Below, one piece after another: positions 38,561 through 47,291 of a stretch of DNA of 64,000 nt (position 1 is its first letter; every line of letters begins with the position of its first letter). The notes below the pieces were generated by a model, which worked only from the letters and a program-made list of their open reading frames with translations, was not told where the DNA came from and ran no database searches. The position numbers were made by a program, and so were the translations under genes. Source of the stretch: Minisyncoccota bacterium (lineage in GTDB: Bacteria > Patescibacteriota > Microgenomatia > UBA1400 > PJMF01); NCBI GenBank assembly GCA_018646985.1, contig JABGTR010000004.1, forward strand, positions 2,946 to 66,945. The letters are read 5' to 3'.

Positions 38561-40255
38561 ATGAAAGCAAAACTTACCCAACTAGTATTTCCTCTACTAC
38601 TAGTTATTTTCTCTTTAGTGATCCTCAGACCTTTGTTCTCCGAACAACTGCTCTATACTGACGATGCTGAACTCCATGCTGCTCGAGTTGCCAACTATTA
38701 CTTGGCTGTTAAACAAGGCCAAATACCGCCTCGATTAGCACCAAATCTTGATAGCGGCTACGGATCATCAGTTTTAAACTTCACCTATCCCTTGCCCTAC
38801 AGTATCAGCACCCTGATTTATATGGCGCTACCAGTGACAATTGTGCTGGCTTTAAACTTAACTATCATCATCCTTGTACTTTCTGGCGTTTTAGGTGTTT
38901 ACTATTTAGCCCAAAAATTTTCTTTAAAACCACGGCACTCAGCACTTGCCTCTTTGATCTACTTAACTGCGCCCTATACCTTAATTAATATCTACTCACG
39001 CACTGCCCTAGGTGAAATAGCATTTTTTGCCGTACTTCCATGGGTAATGTGGAATATAGAACATTTCATGGGAGGTAAAAAAGTAAAACCAATAGTCTCT
39101 TTGGCTCTAGTAGGAAGCCTAGCTCTACTTTTACTAAGTCATCAAACATCCCTGATTATTTCAGCCCCAGTTTTAATTACCTACTACCTACTGCGCGCAA
39201 AAAATAAAAAGCAGGTCATCACTTTAATTAAACGAATCATCCCACTAGCAGCTATTTCTCTACTAATTACAGCTTGGTACTGGCTACCTGCTTTAATAGA
39301 AAAAAAGTTTGTAATTCTTGATAGAGCAGACACAGTCACTCACTACCTGGATCAGTTTCCCAATCAATGGTCATTCTTTTTCCACAAAATAAAGAACTTA
39401 GAAAGACTAGATGTTCTTAAAATTGTTTCCATTGGTTATAGCAACTTGCTCATCATCCTGATTAGCCTGTGGCAAATCATAAAAAACAAAAGTAAAAGTA
39501 GAAAAGAAGTTAAATATTTATCAATCATCTTTTTTTCAACTATCATTCTGATAATGCCTTTTACTAGACCTCTCTGGTTAGTTTCAGGATTGGGTCAGTA
39601 CATTCAATATCCATGGAGGTTGCTCTCTCTGGTGACCTTAAGTTCTACCTTACTCTTCATTCATCTCACTAAAAATAAATTGATTAACAACTTTTTTATC
39701 GGAGTAATATTAGCAACTAGTTTGCTTTCAGCAGTTGTCTATGCTCAGCCCCGTGGATTTCAAAGCTGGAGTGACTACGAGCTCTTTGAGTATTTTAAAA
39801 CCACGACTACTTTTAATGAGTTCCAGCCGATTTGGGCAGCCGAATATACGAGACATTTCCCACAAGAAAAAATTTCTCTCAGAGTTCCTGAGAAGAGCTT
39901 GTATAACGATGATGTCTTGCAAACAGCTGAATATGCACAACTAAAAATTCAAAAATGGAATGGCTCAGCAATGAGCTATGTCATTGACACCGAAAAGCCA
40001 GTAGAAGCAATTCAAAAAACTTACTATTTTCCAGGATGGGAGTTGGTGGTCGATGGACAAAAACGAGTAATTCAATATCAGGACGAAGAGTTTCCTGGGC
40101 ATATTACTTATTCATTAGACCCAGGAAAGCATCAAATAGAACTTAAATTTACAAACAATACTCCTCCTAGAAAAATAGGCTTTGCCTTAACTTTAATAGG
40201 AGCACTTAGCCTTTCAGGCTATTTATTTTGGCATAAAAAAAATGAGTCACTTTAA
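38561..40255 (+). CDS. polytopic membrane protein, putative GT-C-fold glycosyltransferase
   Basis: 564 aa; ≥10 predicted TM helices with a large extracytoplasmic C-terminal domain; N-terminal region resembles the PMT/ArnT/YfhO type. Confidence 0.4.
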   Translation: MKAKLTQLVFPLLLVIFSLVILRPLFSEQLLYTDDAELHAARVANYYLAVKQGQIPPRLAPNLDSGYGSSVLNFTYPLPYSISTLIYMALPVTIVLALNLTIIILVLSGVLGVYYLAQKFSLKPRHSALASLIYLTAPYTLINIYSRTALGEIAFFAVLPWVMWNIEHFMGGKKVKPIVSLALVGSLALLLLSHQTSLIISAPVLITYYLLRAKNKKQVITLIKRIIPLAAISLLITAWYWLPALIEKKFVILDRADTVTHYLDQFPNQWSFFFHKIKNLERLDVLKIVSIGYSNLLIILISLWQIIKNKSKSRKEVKYLSIIFFSTIILIMPFTRPLWLVSGLGQYIQYPWRLLSLVTLSSTLLFIHLTKNKLINNFFIGVILATSLLSAVVYAQPRGFQSWSDYELFEYFKTTTTFNEFQPIWAAEYTRHFPQEKISLRVPEKSLYNDDVLQTAEYAQLKIQKWNGSAMSYVIDTEKPVEAIQKTYYFPGWELVVDGQKRVIQYQDEEFPGHITYSLDPGKHQIELKFTNNTPPRKIGFALTLIGALSLSGYLFWHKKNESL

Positions 40256-40559
40256 TCAAAAAATCTATGACCTACTAATTAAAGTCCCTGCTGGTCAAGT
40301 GACCACTTATAAAGCACTAGCAGAAAATTTGGGGACCAGAGCTTATCAAGCAGTTGGCAATGCCCTAAAAAATAATCCAGATGCTCCCCGCATTCCTTGT
40401 CATAGGGTAGTCAAAAGCAATGGAAAAATAGGTGGCTTCAATGGCCAAACTACTGGTATGGAAATAAAAAGAAAAATAAAATTATTAGAAAAAGAAGGAG
40501 TGCTAGTTAAACAAGGTGAGGTTTGTAATTTATCTAAGATATTTTTTGACTTCTCTTAA
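40242..40559 (+). CDS. MGMT-family protein (methylated-DNA-protein-cysteine methyltransferase DNA-binding domain only)
   Basis: 105 aa; active-site PCHRVV motif and winged-helix region; no N-terminal Ada/Ogt domain. Confidence 0.8.
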   Translation: MSHFNQKIYDLLIKVPAGQVTTYKALAENLGTRAYQAVGNALKNNPDAPRIPCHRVVKSNGKIGGFNGQTTGMEIKRKIKLLEKEGVLVKQGEVCNLSKIFFDFS

Positions 40560-41009
40560 TACTTTTTTGCCAGCTGGAAAAGTGATTTTTGTCATTGCCT
40601 CTTTACATTCAAACCAACCATAGTCTGCCACCTCTTCTTCTTGAATCTTAACCTGCTTATCAGCTACCCAGGCTGGATAATAAGTTACTGTTTTATGGAA
40701 AATATCTCCATACCCCAGAGCACCTTCTCTGGCTTCGCCATTCACCTTGTCTCGTTGCGGATAGTACTCTTCTTGAAAAGAAATCGACTCATCGACCTGG
40801 TACTGCAAAATTCCAGTCTCTTCCTCAAACTCACGCTGAGCTGTTTCTAAAAAAGACTCACCACTTTCGGCATGGCCTTTGGGGAAAGCCCAATGACCAG
40901 CTACATGCTGAATTAATAAAAATTCAACTTTATCTCCATCCTTATACATGGGTATCAAACCAAATGAAGCATCTTTTTGCATAACAAATCCAAGATAACT
41001 GCCTAACAA
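40530..41009 (-). CDS. NUDIX hydrolase
   Basis: 159 aa; Nudix box GHWAFPKGHAESGESFLETAQREFEEETGI. Confidence 0.85.
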   Translation of the reverse strand: MLGSYLGFVMQKDASFGLIPMYKDGDKVEFLLIQHVAGHWAFPKGHAESGESFLETAQREFEEETGILQYQVDESISFQEEYYPQRDKVNGEAREGALGYGDIFHKTVTYYPAWVADKQVKIQEEEVADYGWFECKEAMTKITFPAGKKVLREVKKYLR

Positions 41010-41012
41010 TGA

Positions 41013-41576
41013 CTAATCTTCGCTGGCGGGTTTTTCACTGGCGCGCAACTTAAGCTGTCTATTCCATCCAGTATCAAGAGCAGACACTACCTTCTTCTCT
41101 GCATCTTCTAGCTCTATCTTTAAAACATAGGCTACTTCCTGCTGGAAACGCATCATCACCATTCCAAAAGTATTTCGTTTACTGATGGTAAAGTTTTTAT
41201 CTTCATCCCTTTTTTCTTCCCAAAGAGTTTTAAGAACTTGAGCAATATCATGAAGTTCATTGGTGCTAATAATTCGCTTTACCTTAAGCTGATTAAACTG
41301 AATCTTTTCATATTCTCCCTGACGGAGATATTTTAGCTCATCATTCAAAACAGCCTTAGAAGCTGGCAACCTAATCGTAGTTTTATTAAGATTTCCTAGA
41401 GGAATAGATAGTTTTAGAGTTTCATTGCTACGAGTTTTATAAACAGGCTCAAAATGGATTAACTTATCTTTTTTACCAGTTGAATCTTCAATTTTTTCAA
41501 GCTTAGTAATTTTATTAATAATTCCGAATCTCACAATTACATCATTTTTTTTAAACTCGTTTGGTGTATCTATCAT
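41013..41576 (-). CDS. CarD/CdnL family RNA-polymerase-binding transcription factor
   Basis: 187 aa; N-terminal FKKNDVIV... Tudor-like RNAP-interacting domain; C-terminal helical domain with VLKTLWEEKRDED resembling CarD (VVRDLWRRDQER). Confidence 0.6.
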   Translation of the reverse strand: MIDTPNEFKKNDVIVRFGIINKITKLEKIEDSTGKKDKLIHFEPVYKTRSNETLKLSIPLGNLNKTTIRLPASKAVLNDELKYLRQGEYEKIQFNQLKVKRIISTNELHDIAQVLKTLWEEKRDEDKNFTISKRNTFGMVMMRFQQEVAYVLKIELEDAEKKVVSALDTGWNRQLKLRASEKPASED

Positions 41577-41631
41577 AAGATCATCATTCTAACATAGCCT
41601 GGATGTAGAGTTAAGTGTCTGATGATAAGTC

Positions 41632-42006
41632 TTGTGTTGTTTTTACAGCCAGACTACAATCTGTAGTATGTCAACTGATACCACTTGTTGCTTGGGTCCG
41701 CTGGAAAAAGAAGTATTGGAGATCGTTTGGGTTGAAGATTGCCCAAGCGTTAGATGTGTTTTGCTAGCAATAAATAAATCTCGAAAAAAATCTGAAAAAC
41801 TAGCCTACACGACAGTCATGACTATCATGAAGCGCCTAGTTAAGAAAAAAGTCTTAACTAGAAAAAAAGATGGTCGTAGCTATCGATATGAACCTAAAGA
41901 ATCAAAACAGGAATTTATAAAAAAAATCACCCGTTGCACTATACAAAACCTAATTAGTAAGTTCGGTGACTCAGCAATCCAAGCACTAAAAGAAGAACTC
42001 CAATAA
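41632..42006 (+). CDS. BlaI/MecI/CopY-family transcriptional repressor
   Basis: 124 aa (likely start at ATG 41668); winged-helix segment LEKEVLEIVW...AYTTVMTIMKRLVKKKVLTRKKDGRSYRY typical of penicillinase-repressor-family proteins. Confidence 0.75.
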   Translation: MCCFYSQTTICSMSTDTTCCLGPLEKEVLEIVWVEDCPSVRCVLLAINKSRKKSEKLAYTTVMTIMKRLVKKKVLTRKKDGRSYRYEPKESKQEFIKKITRCTIQNLISKFGDSAIQALKEELQ

Positions 42007-42087
42007 GTTTATTGTTTCCAATGGTTGACAACTATTGTCTACAAACACTACACTTCGTAGTATTCTTAAAATTAGAAAGGGATTAGC

Positions 42088-42828
42088 ATGTCATCTGATA
42101 GATTTTTAACCAGTAACCTAGGAACCATTCTTTTAGCAATAGTTTTTTTTGTTAGTGGATTCTTTGTTGGTACTCTTTGGACAGAAAACAAAATGTTAAA
42201 GCTAGGTGGAGGCCCATCTCAAAAACAAGCTGGTCAACTAGCTGAAGCACCCACTGAAGCTCAAGCCCCAGATACTTTAAGTGAAATGCCAGAGATTTCC
42301 GATGAAGATCATATAATTGGTGCTAAAAACCCTAAAATTTACTTAGTAGAGTACTCAGACTATGAATGCCCTTTCTGTGAAAGATTTCACCCTACTACCA
42401 AGCAAATCATAGAAAAATATGGTGACGATGTGGCTCTAGTATTTCGTCACTACCCATTAGGCTTCCACCCCAATGCTCAATCAGCAGCAGAAGCTGCAGA
42501 GTGTGTTGCTAATAGAAGTGGAAATGATGCGTTTTGGAAATATACTGATGAGATATTCTCACAAAATGAACAGCTGGGAGGGAAGCTTAGTCCTGAAGCC
42601 ATCGATGCTGCCATCGCAGCTAGCGGAGCTAATACAGCTGCCGTTAAGGGATGTCTCGAAAGTGGAGAAATGACAGAAGTAGTCACTGCTCAACAAAATG
42701 GCGGAGCTGCTGCTGGAGTCTCTGGCACACCAGGAACGATTCTACTCACTGTTGATGGAGAGTCTGAACTTATTAGTGGAGCATTACCATTAGTTCAAGT
42801 AGAACAAATAATTGAGAAATATCTTTAA
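42088..42828 (+). CDS. DsbA-like thiol-disulfide oxidoreductase (thioredoxin fold, CPFC active site), membrane-anchored
   Basis: 246 aa; N-terminal TM helix; YSDYECPFCERFH active site. Confidence 0.8.
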   Translation: MSSDRFLTSNLGTILLAIVFFVSGFFVGTLWTENKMLKLGGGPSQKQAGQLAEAPTEAQAPDTLSEMPEISDEDHIIGAKNPKIYLVEYSDYECPFCERFHPTTKQIIEKYGDDVALVFRHYPLGFHPNAQSAAEAAECVANRSGNDAFWKYTDEIFSQNEQLGGKLSPEAIDAAIAASGANTAAVKGCLESGEMTEVVTAQQNGGAAAGVSGTPGTILLTVDGESELISGALPLVQVEQIIEKYL

Positions 42829-42834
42829 TACCTA

Positions 42835-43584
42835 ATGGGACATAGCATCTTCGATGGTTCTCAAGTTAATTTCCTAATTGCTTTTTTAGCTGGAATTACA
42901 ACTTTCTTTGCTAGCTGTTTACTACCATTAGTCCCAACTTATCTAGCTTATTTGTCTGGAATAACTCTTAATGATGAACACGCCAGTCAAAAAAAGTGGC
43001 AGGGATTCAAAACCGGCCTCATGTTTGTGATTGGTTTCATTATTACTTTCATGATTCTTGGGTTGACTGCAAACAAATTTGCGAGTGTTCTTCATCCCTA
43101 TAGACAATTCATTGAAAAAGTAGCTGGAGTTTTATTTATTGCCTTAGGTTTCTTTATGATGGGAATATTTAAAAATAATCTCCTATCACGAGAGAAGAGA
43201 TTTAATGTTCAGGGAAAATTTAAAAAACATCGTTCTCTACATGCTATCTTGACAGGGATTGCCTTTGGTTTTGGTTGGACACCATGCATAGGACCAGTCT
43301 TAGCAGTGATTCTATTTTGGGCAGCTCAAGCAGATTCTGCTTTAAAAGGAACTATGCTACTCACTTCGTATGGAGTTGGGTTGGGAGTTCCCTTTCTGAT
43401 CATTGCGCTGGGATTTGAAAAAATAATTCCTTGGATTAAAAAACATCACCAAATTTCTCGAATCACCAGTTTCATCTCTGGATTGTTTATCTTAATTACT
43501 GGAATTTTACTATTTACAGATCAGCTTCAGGCACTATCCTTCTATTTGCTAAATTTCTTTAATCTAAGTGCATTATCTACCTAA
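42835..43584 (+). CDS. ccdA: cytochrome c-type biogenesis/thiol-disulfide transporter CcdA (DsbD transmembrane-domain family)
   Basis: 249 aa; 6 TM helices with conserved Cys in TM1 (FFASCLLPL) and TM4 (WTPCIGP). Confidence 0.8.
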   Translation: MGHSIFDGSQVNFLIAFLAGITTFFASCLLPLVPTYLAYLSGITLNDEHASQKKWQGFKTGLMFVIGFIITFMILGLTANKFASVLHPYRQFIEKVAGVLFIALGFFMMGIFKNNLLSREKRFNVQGKFKKHRSLHAILTGIAFGFGWTPCIGPVLAVILFWAAQADSALKGTMLLTSYGVGLGVPFLIIALGFEKIIPWIKKHHQISRITSFISGLFILITGILLFTDQLQALSFYLLNFFNLSALST

Positions 43585-43611
43585 TCAAACTTGGTGGTAA
43601 AATAAATCCTT

Positions 43612-44781
43612 ATGAAATGGCGCAGAGAACACACCATCATCTTCATGATTAAAATTACGGAAGTCTTAGGATTTTCATTAATTTTACCCTTTTTACCATT
43701 CTATGCTCAAAATTTAGGAGCTTCTCCAACTCAAGTAGGATTAGTGCTGGCCACTTTTTCCTTATTTCAATTTATCTCAGCGCCTATCATGGGCAAACTC
43801 AGTGACTCATATGGCCGAATACCACTACTATTACTTTCCCAGCTTTCTACATTGATCAGCTTCATTGTCTTAGGCTTTGCCAATAGCTTGTGGATGCTAT
43901 TTCTCTCCAGAATGATCGATGGTTTGCTTGGCAGCAACTACACTATTGCTCAAGCTTATTTGAGCGATATCACCCCCAAGAATGAAAGAACTAAAATATT
44001 TAGCCTCACCGGAATTGCTTTTAGTATTGGATTTTTTATTGGACCAGCTCTAGGTGGATACTTGGCTCAATTTAGCTATGCTCTACCCTCATTTTTAGCT
44101 GCTGGTATGGCTGCTATCACCATCATAACCACATATCTTTACCTACCTGAGACAGTTGATAAATCCAAAAACTTTACCTGGTCATGGAAAATATTAAAGC
44201 TTAAACAATTTAAATTACTAATGGCAAAACCAAAAATATCCCTACCTCTCTGGGAATTTTTCTCATATGTGCTGACACATGGTCTTTGGGCAAGTAGCTT
44301 TGCCCTTTATGCAGAACGTCAATTTAATTTTGGATCTCAAGATATCGGCTATATTTTTGCTATCATCGGAGCAGTAACTATTTTCATTAAAATTCTAATT
44401 CTTCCCAAGCTATTAAATATTATGGATGAGGATAAATTGAGAATCATTGGAGCCGCAACCATTATTCTTGCTCTGGGAGCCACTCCTTGGATGCAGACTA
44501 GAGCTGCTATCACCACAGCGACAATCATCTTTGCTTTTGGCGCTAGTCTACTTAGACCTAGCTTAACTTCTCACGTTTCAAATCAGGCACCCAAAGATGA
44601 ACTAGGTGAATTTATGGGAGTTAGTGATTCTCTTGGGAGTATTTCTCAGATAATTGGTCCATTATTAGGAGGATTTCTAATTCAAAACTTCTTCCCTGGA
44701 AGTTTAGGTTTAGTTGCAGCAGCGACTATGACTGTTGGGTTAATTCTAATGATCATGGATAGAAAAATCAGCCAAGATTAA
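43612..44781 (+). CDS. MFS transporter
   Basis: 389 aa; 12-TM pattern; MFS motif A-like GKLSDSYGR. Confidence 0.8.
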   Translation: MKWRREHTIIFMIKITEVLGFSLILPFLPFYAQNLGASPTQVGLVLATFSLFQFISAPIMGKLSDSYGRIPLLLLSQLSTLISFIVLGFANSLWMLFLSRMIDGLLGSNYTIAQAYLSDITPKNERTKIFSLTGIAFSIGFFIGPALGGYLAQFSYALPSFLAAGMAAITIITTYLYLPETVDKSKNFTWSWKILKLKQFKLLMAKPKISLPLWEFFSYVLTHGLWASSFALYAERQFNFGSQDIGYIFAIIGAVTIFIKILILPKLLNIMDEDKLRIIGAATIILALGATPWMQTRAAITTATIIFAFGASLLRPSLTSHVSNQAPKDELGEFMGVSDSLGSISQIIGPLLGGFLIQNFFPGSLGLVAAATMTVGLILMIMDRKISQD

Positions 44782-44788
44782 TCACCAG

Positions 44789-45667
44789 CTATATAACTAC
44801 ACTTTGATCTTCTAGCGACTTTTCTTCTTTTACCATGATGTAAACATCTTGATTATATTCACTCACACCTACCTTTTTAGCTTCACCAGCCAAAACTTTT
44901 TCCAATGGCTTGCAATGACGACATCCACCTTCGCCTTGAGGACACTTAAATCGTTCTAGTTTTCTAGCTAACTTGATTTTTTTAGCGATCGCCAAGACCT
45001 CTTCATGGGCTTCAATTAAATCTGGTAGTTTTTGTTCCACTGGTTCATCGTGCAAATCTAAGTACCAATAACTAGCCTTAGCAACCTTCCGATGCTGAGT
45101 GTTGTGAACTAGTAAATGATAGATGGGTAACTGAAGTGAACCACCTTGGTCTTCTCTTTTACTAGTTTTGAAATCAATAATGTGGACTGCGTCTTCATCT
45201 TCAAGATACTCCAGCCAATCAACCTTTCCACAAAGAATAATATTATCTTCATCAGAAATCCAATAGTGAGGCAAGTCTTCTTTAATCTTAATTGCCAAAT
45301 TATTTAAAATACCAGGATTCCTCATCACCTGACGCAACATTTTTTCACCCCGATCTTTGTACTCTCGCTCCTGCTCATCACTACTAAAGCCACCTTTCTC
45401 TCCATGGTGTTTCTGCCAAACACGATCAAACTTCTCAATTAAGGATTCTCTAAACCTATCTTTAGAAGGAATAACTGACAAAGACTCAAGCACTTCATGG
45501 ACTGCACCACCAAGAGCTAGTGGAGCACTCATGAGCTGTATTTTTCGCCCTGTTTCTGGACTCTTATAAACATTATTTAAATAATAAGCCCGAGGACATT
45601 TCAAGAAATCTCCAATCGAACTATGTGAAACCCAGGTAGCGGTAAATTTATCAGGCATAAAACTCAT
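44789..45667 (-). CDS. PD-(D/E)XK nuclease, Cas4/AddB-like with four-Cys (Fe-S) signature; not CRISPR-associated
   Basis: 292 aa; N-terminal Cys (KCPRAYY), D-x-K (IIDFKTSK), QxxxY (QLPIYHLL), C-terminal C-x6-C-x2-C (CPQGEGGCRHC). Confidence 0.6.
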   Translation of the reverse strand: MSFMPDKFTATWVSHSSIGDFLKCPRAYYLNNVYKSPETGRKIQLMSAPLALGGAVHEVLESLSVIPSKDRFRESLIEKFDRVWQKHHGEKGGFSSDEQEREYKDRGEKMLRQVMRNPGILNNLAIKIKEDLPHYWISDEDNIILCGKVDWLEYLEDEDAVHIIDFKTSKREDQGGSLQLPIYHLLVHNTQHRKVAKASYWYLDLHDEPVEQKLPDLIEAHEEVLAIAKKIKLARKLERFKCPQGEGGCRHCKPLEKVLAGEAKKVGVSEYNQDVYIMVKEEKSLEDQSVVI

Positions 45668-45704
45668 TCTAAAACAAAGTTGAAGTTTTCTCTATAATAC
45701 TTTA

Positions 45705-47291
45705 GTGATTAAAAGAATTATTTTCAAAAATCGTTTTCAAATTTTTCTACTAATAATCATTGTAATTGGCCTTTGGCTAAGGTTCTACAACCTACCCAAT
45801 CAGGTGTGGAGTCAAGCTGGTTATGATGAGGCTAGAGATATGCTGGTAGCCGAGCATATTTACAAATACAAAGAAACAGTTAATAGAGGACCCTTAGCTG
45901 CTGGTGGCCTTAACTATCTTATGAATTCACCAGTTTACTACTATTTAGTCACATTTTTATGGATGATTACACAAAATCCGACTTCCATGATGTACCTCTG
46001 GGCAAGTTTATTAACTACACAAATTCCATTAGCCTACTTAGTGGGGAAACAACTAGGTGATAAAACTACTGGAATTATTGCTGCTATAGTTTTTGCGCTC
46101 CACAACCAACTGATCTTCCAAAGCAGAGAAGTATGGCAACCGAACTTACTTCCCATATTCTCACTACTGTTTCTATGGGTTTTATTAAAAAACCAGAAAA
46201 AGAAAAGCCTTGCTCTTCTTTTACTAATGATTTTTTTATTATTATTCCCGCTGCATCTTCACTATGGAGTATTCCTAATATTACCAGTGGGAGTCTTTTG
46301 GGTTTCTTATTTTTGGAGTCAAATTTTAGAAAATAATCTTTCACTTAAAAATATTTTTTTACCCGTTGCAACCACAGTCGGACTAATTTTTTCATGGCTA
46401 ATTACTACTTATAAGGTTAAGATTTTTGATCAGATTTTTTTCTTGTTAATAATTCTTAAAGGATCAGACACTTCATTCTTTAACAAATCTCATGAATTAA
46501 TATCAAAACTAAAACATATGCTTTGGGCAGATACGCCATCATATTTAGCAGTTTTAATAACTTTTATTTTAATCACTTTTTCATTTTTTTGTAAAAAAGA
46601 ACGCTCACGGTCAAAAAAAACTAACTGGATTATTATCAGCCTAGCTTTTTCAGCTCTAATAGGAGGACTATTCCCAAAAGAAATTCTTACAAGCTACTTT
46701 TTTAGCACCCTGCCATTCTTTTTAATTCTATTCTCATTAGGCATAAGACAACTAATTTCTATTAATAACTATTTAGGATTAGTTGTCGTAAGTGTCATCC
46801 TATTTCTAATTTATCTTCCAACTCAAAATTTGATATTTTTTCAAACTCCATCCGAATCATTTTTAGAACAAAACTATAAAGTAGCTGAGGTAATATTTAG
46901 TGATCAAAAAAATATGAATCATGAGGGAAAATACTCAATTAATTTTGGAATAGTAGCACTTTCCACCACAGTTTTTCAGCACTTTGATGGTTGGGGCACT
47001 AGTGGAGTTTGGTTTTATTTAGAAGAACTATTTGACAAGCCATTGGTTAAACTAACTAATTATGGAGTTAGTCATTATCCAATCACAACGGACATCAACT
47101 ACTTATATTTTGTTTGTGATCATAGAACACTACCAGAGCTTATTAATGAGAGCTGCTTAAATAGATTTGTTGAAGACAGAAATTATCTCAGTGACTATCC
47201 AGATAAAATTTATCAATCACAAAACTACACTGTTTGGAAAGCAGCAGTTGACTCAAAAAAACATCAGGGAAGCTACTATCATGTTCACTAA
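45705..47291 (+). CDS. GT-C glycosyltransferase, ArnT/PMT (GT39/GT83)-like
   Basis: 528 aa polytopic membrane protein; N-terminal LWLRFYNL...GYDEAR motif typical of dolichyl-phosphate-mannose / undecaprenyl-phosphate sugar transferases. Confidence 0.65.
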   Translation: MIKRIIFKNRFQIFLLIIIVIGLWLRFYNLPNQVWSQAGYDEARDMLVAEHIYKYKETVNRGPLAAGGLNYLMNSPVYYYLVTFLWMITQNPTSMMYLWASLLTTQIPLAYLVGKQLGDKTTGIIAAIVFALHNQLIFQSREVWQPNLLPIFSLLFLWVLLKNQKKKSLALLLLMIFLLLFPLHLHYGVFLILPVGVFWVSYFWSQILENNLSLKNIFLPVATTVGLIFSWLITTYKVKIFDQIFFLLIILKGSDTSFFNKSHELISKLKHMLWADTPSYLAVLITFILITFSFFCKKERSRSKKTNWIIISLAFSALIGGLFPKEILTSYFFSTLPFFLILFSLGIRQLISINNYLGLVVVSVILFLIYLPTQNLIFFQTPSESFLEQNYKVAEVIFSDQKNMNHEGKYSINFGIVALSTTVFQHFDGWGTSGVWFYLEELFDKPLVKLTNYGVSHYPITTDINYLYFVCDHRTLPELINESCLNRFVEDRNYLSDYPDKIYQSQNYTVWKAAVDSKKHQGSYYHVH

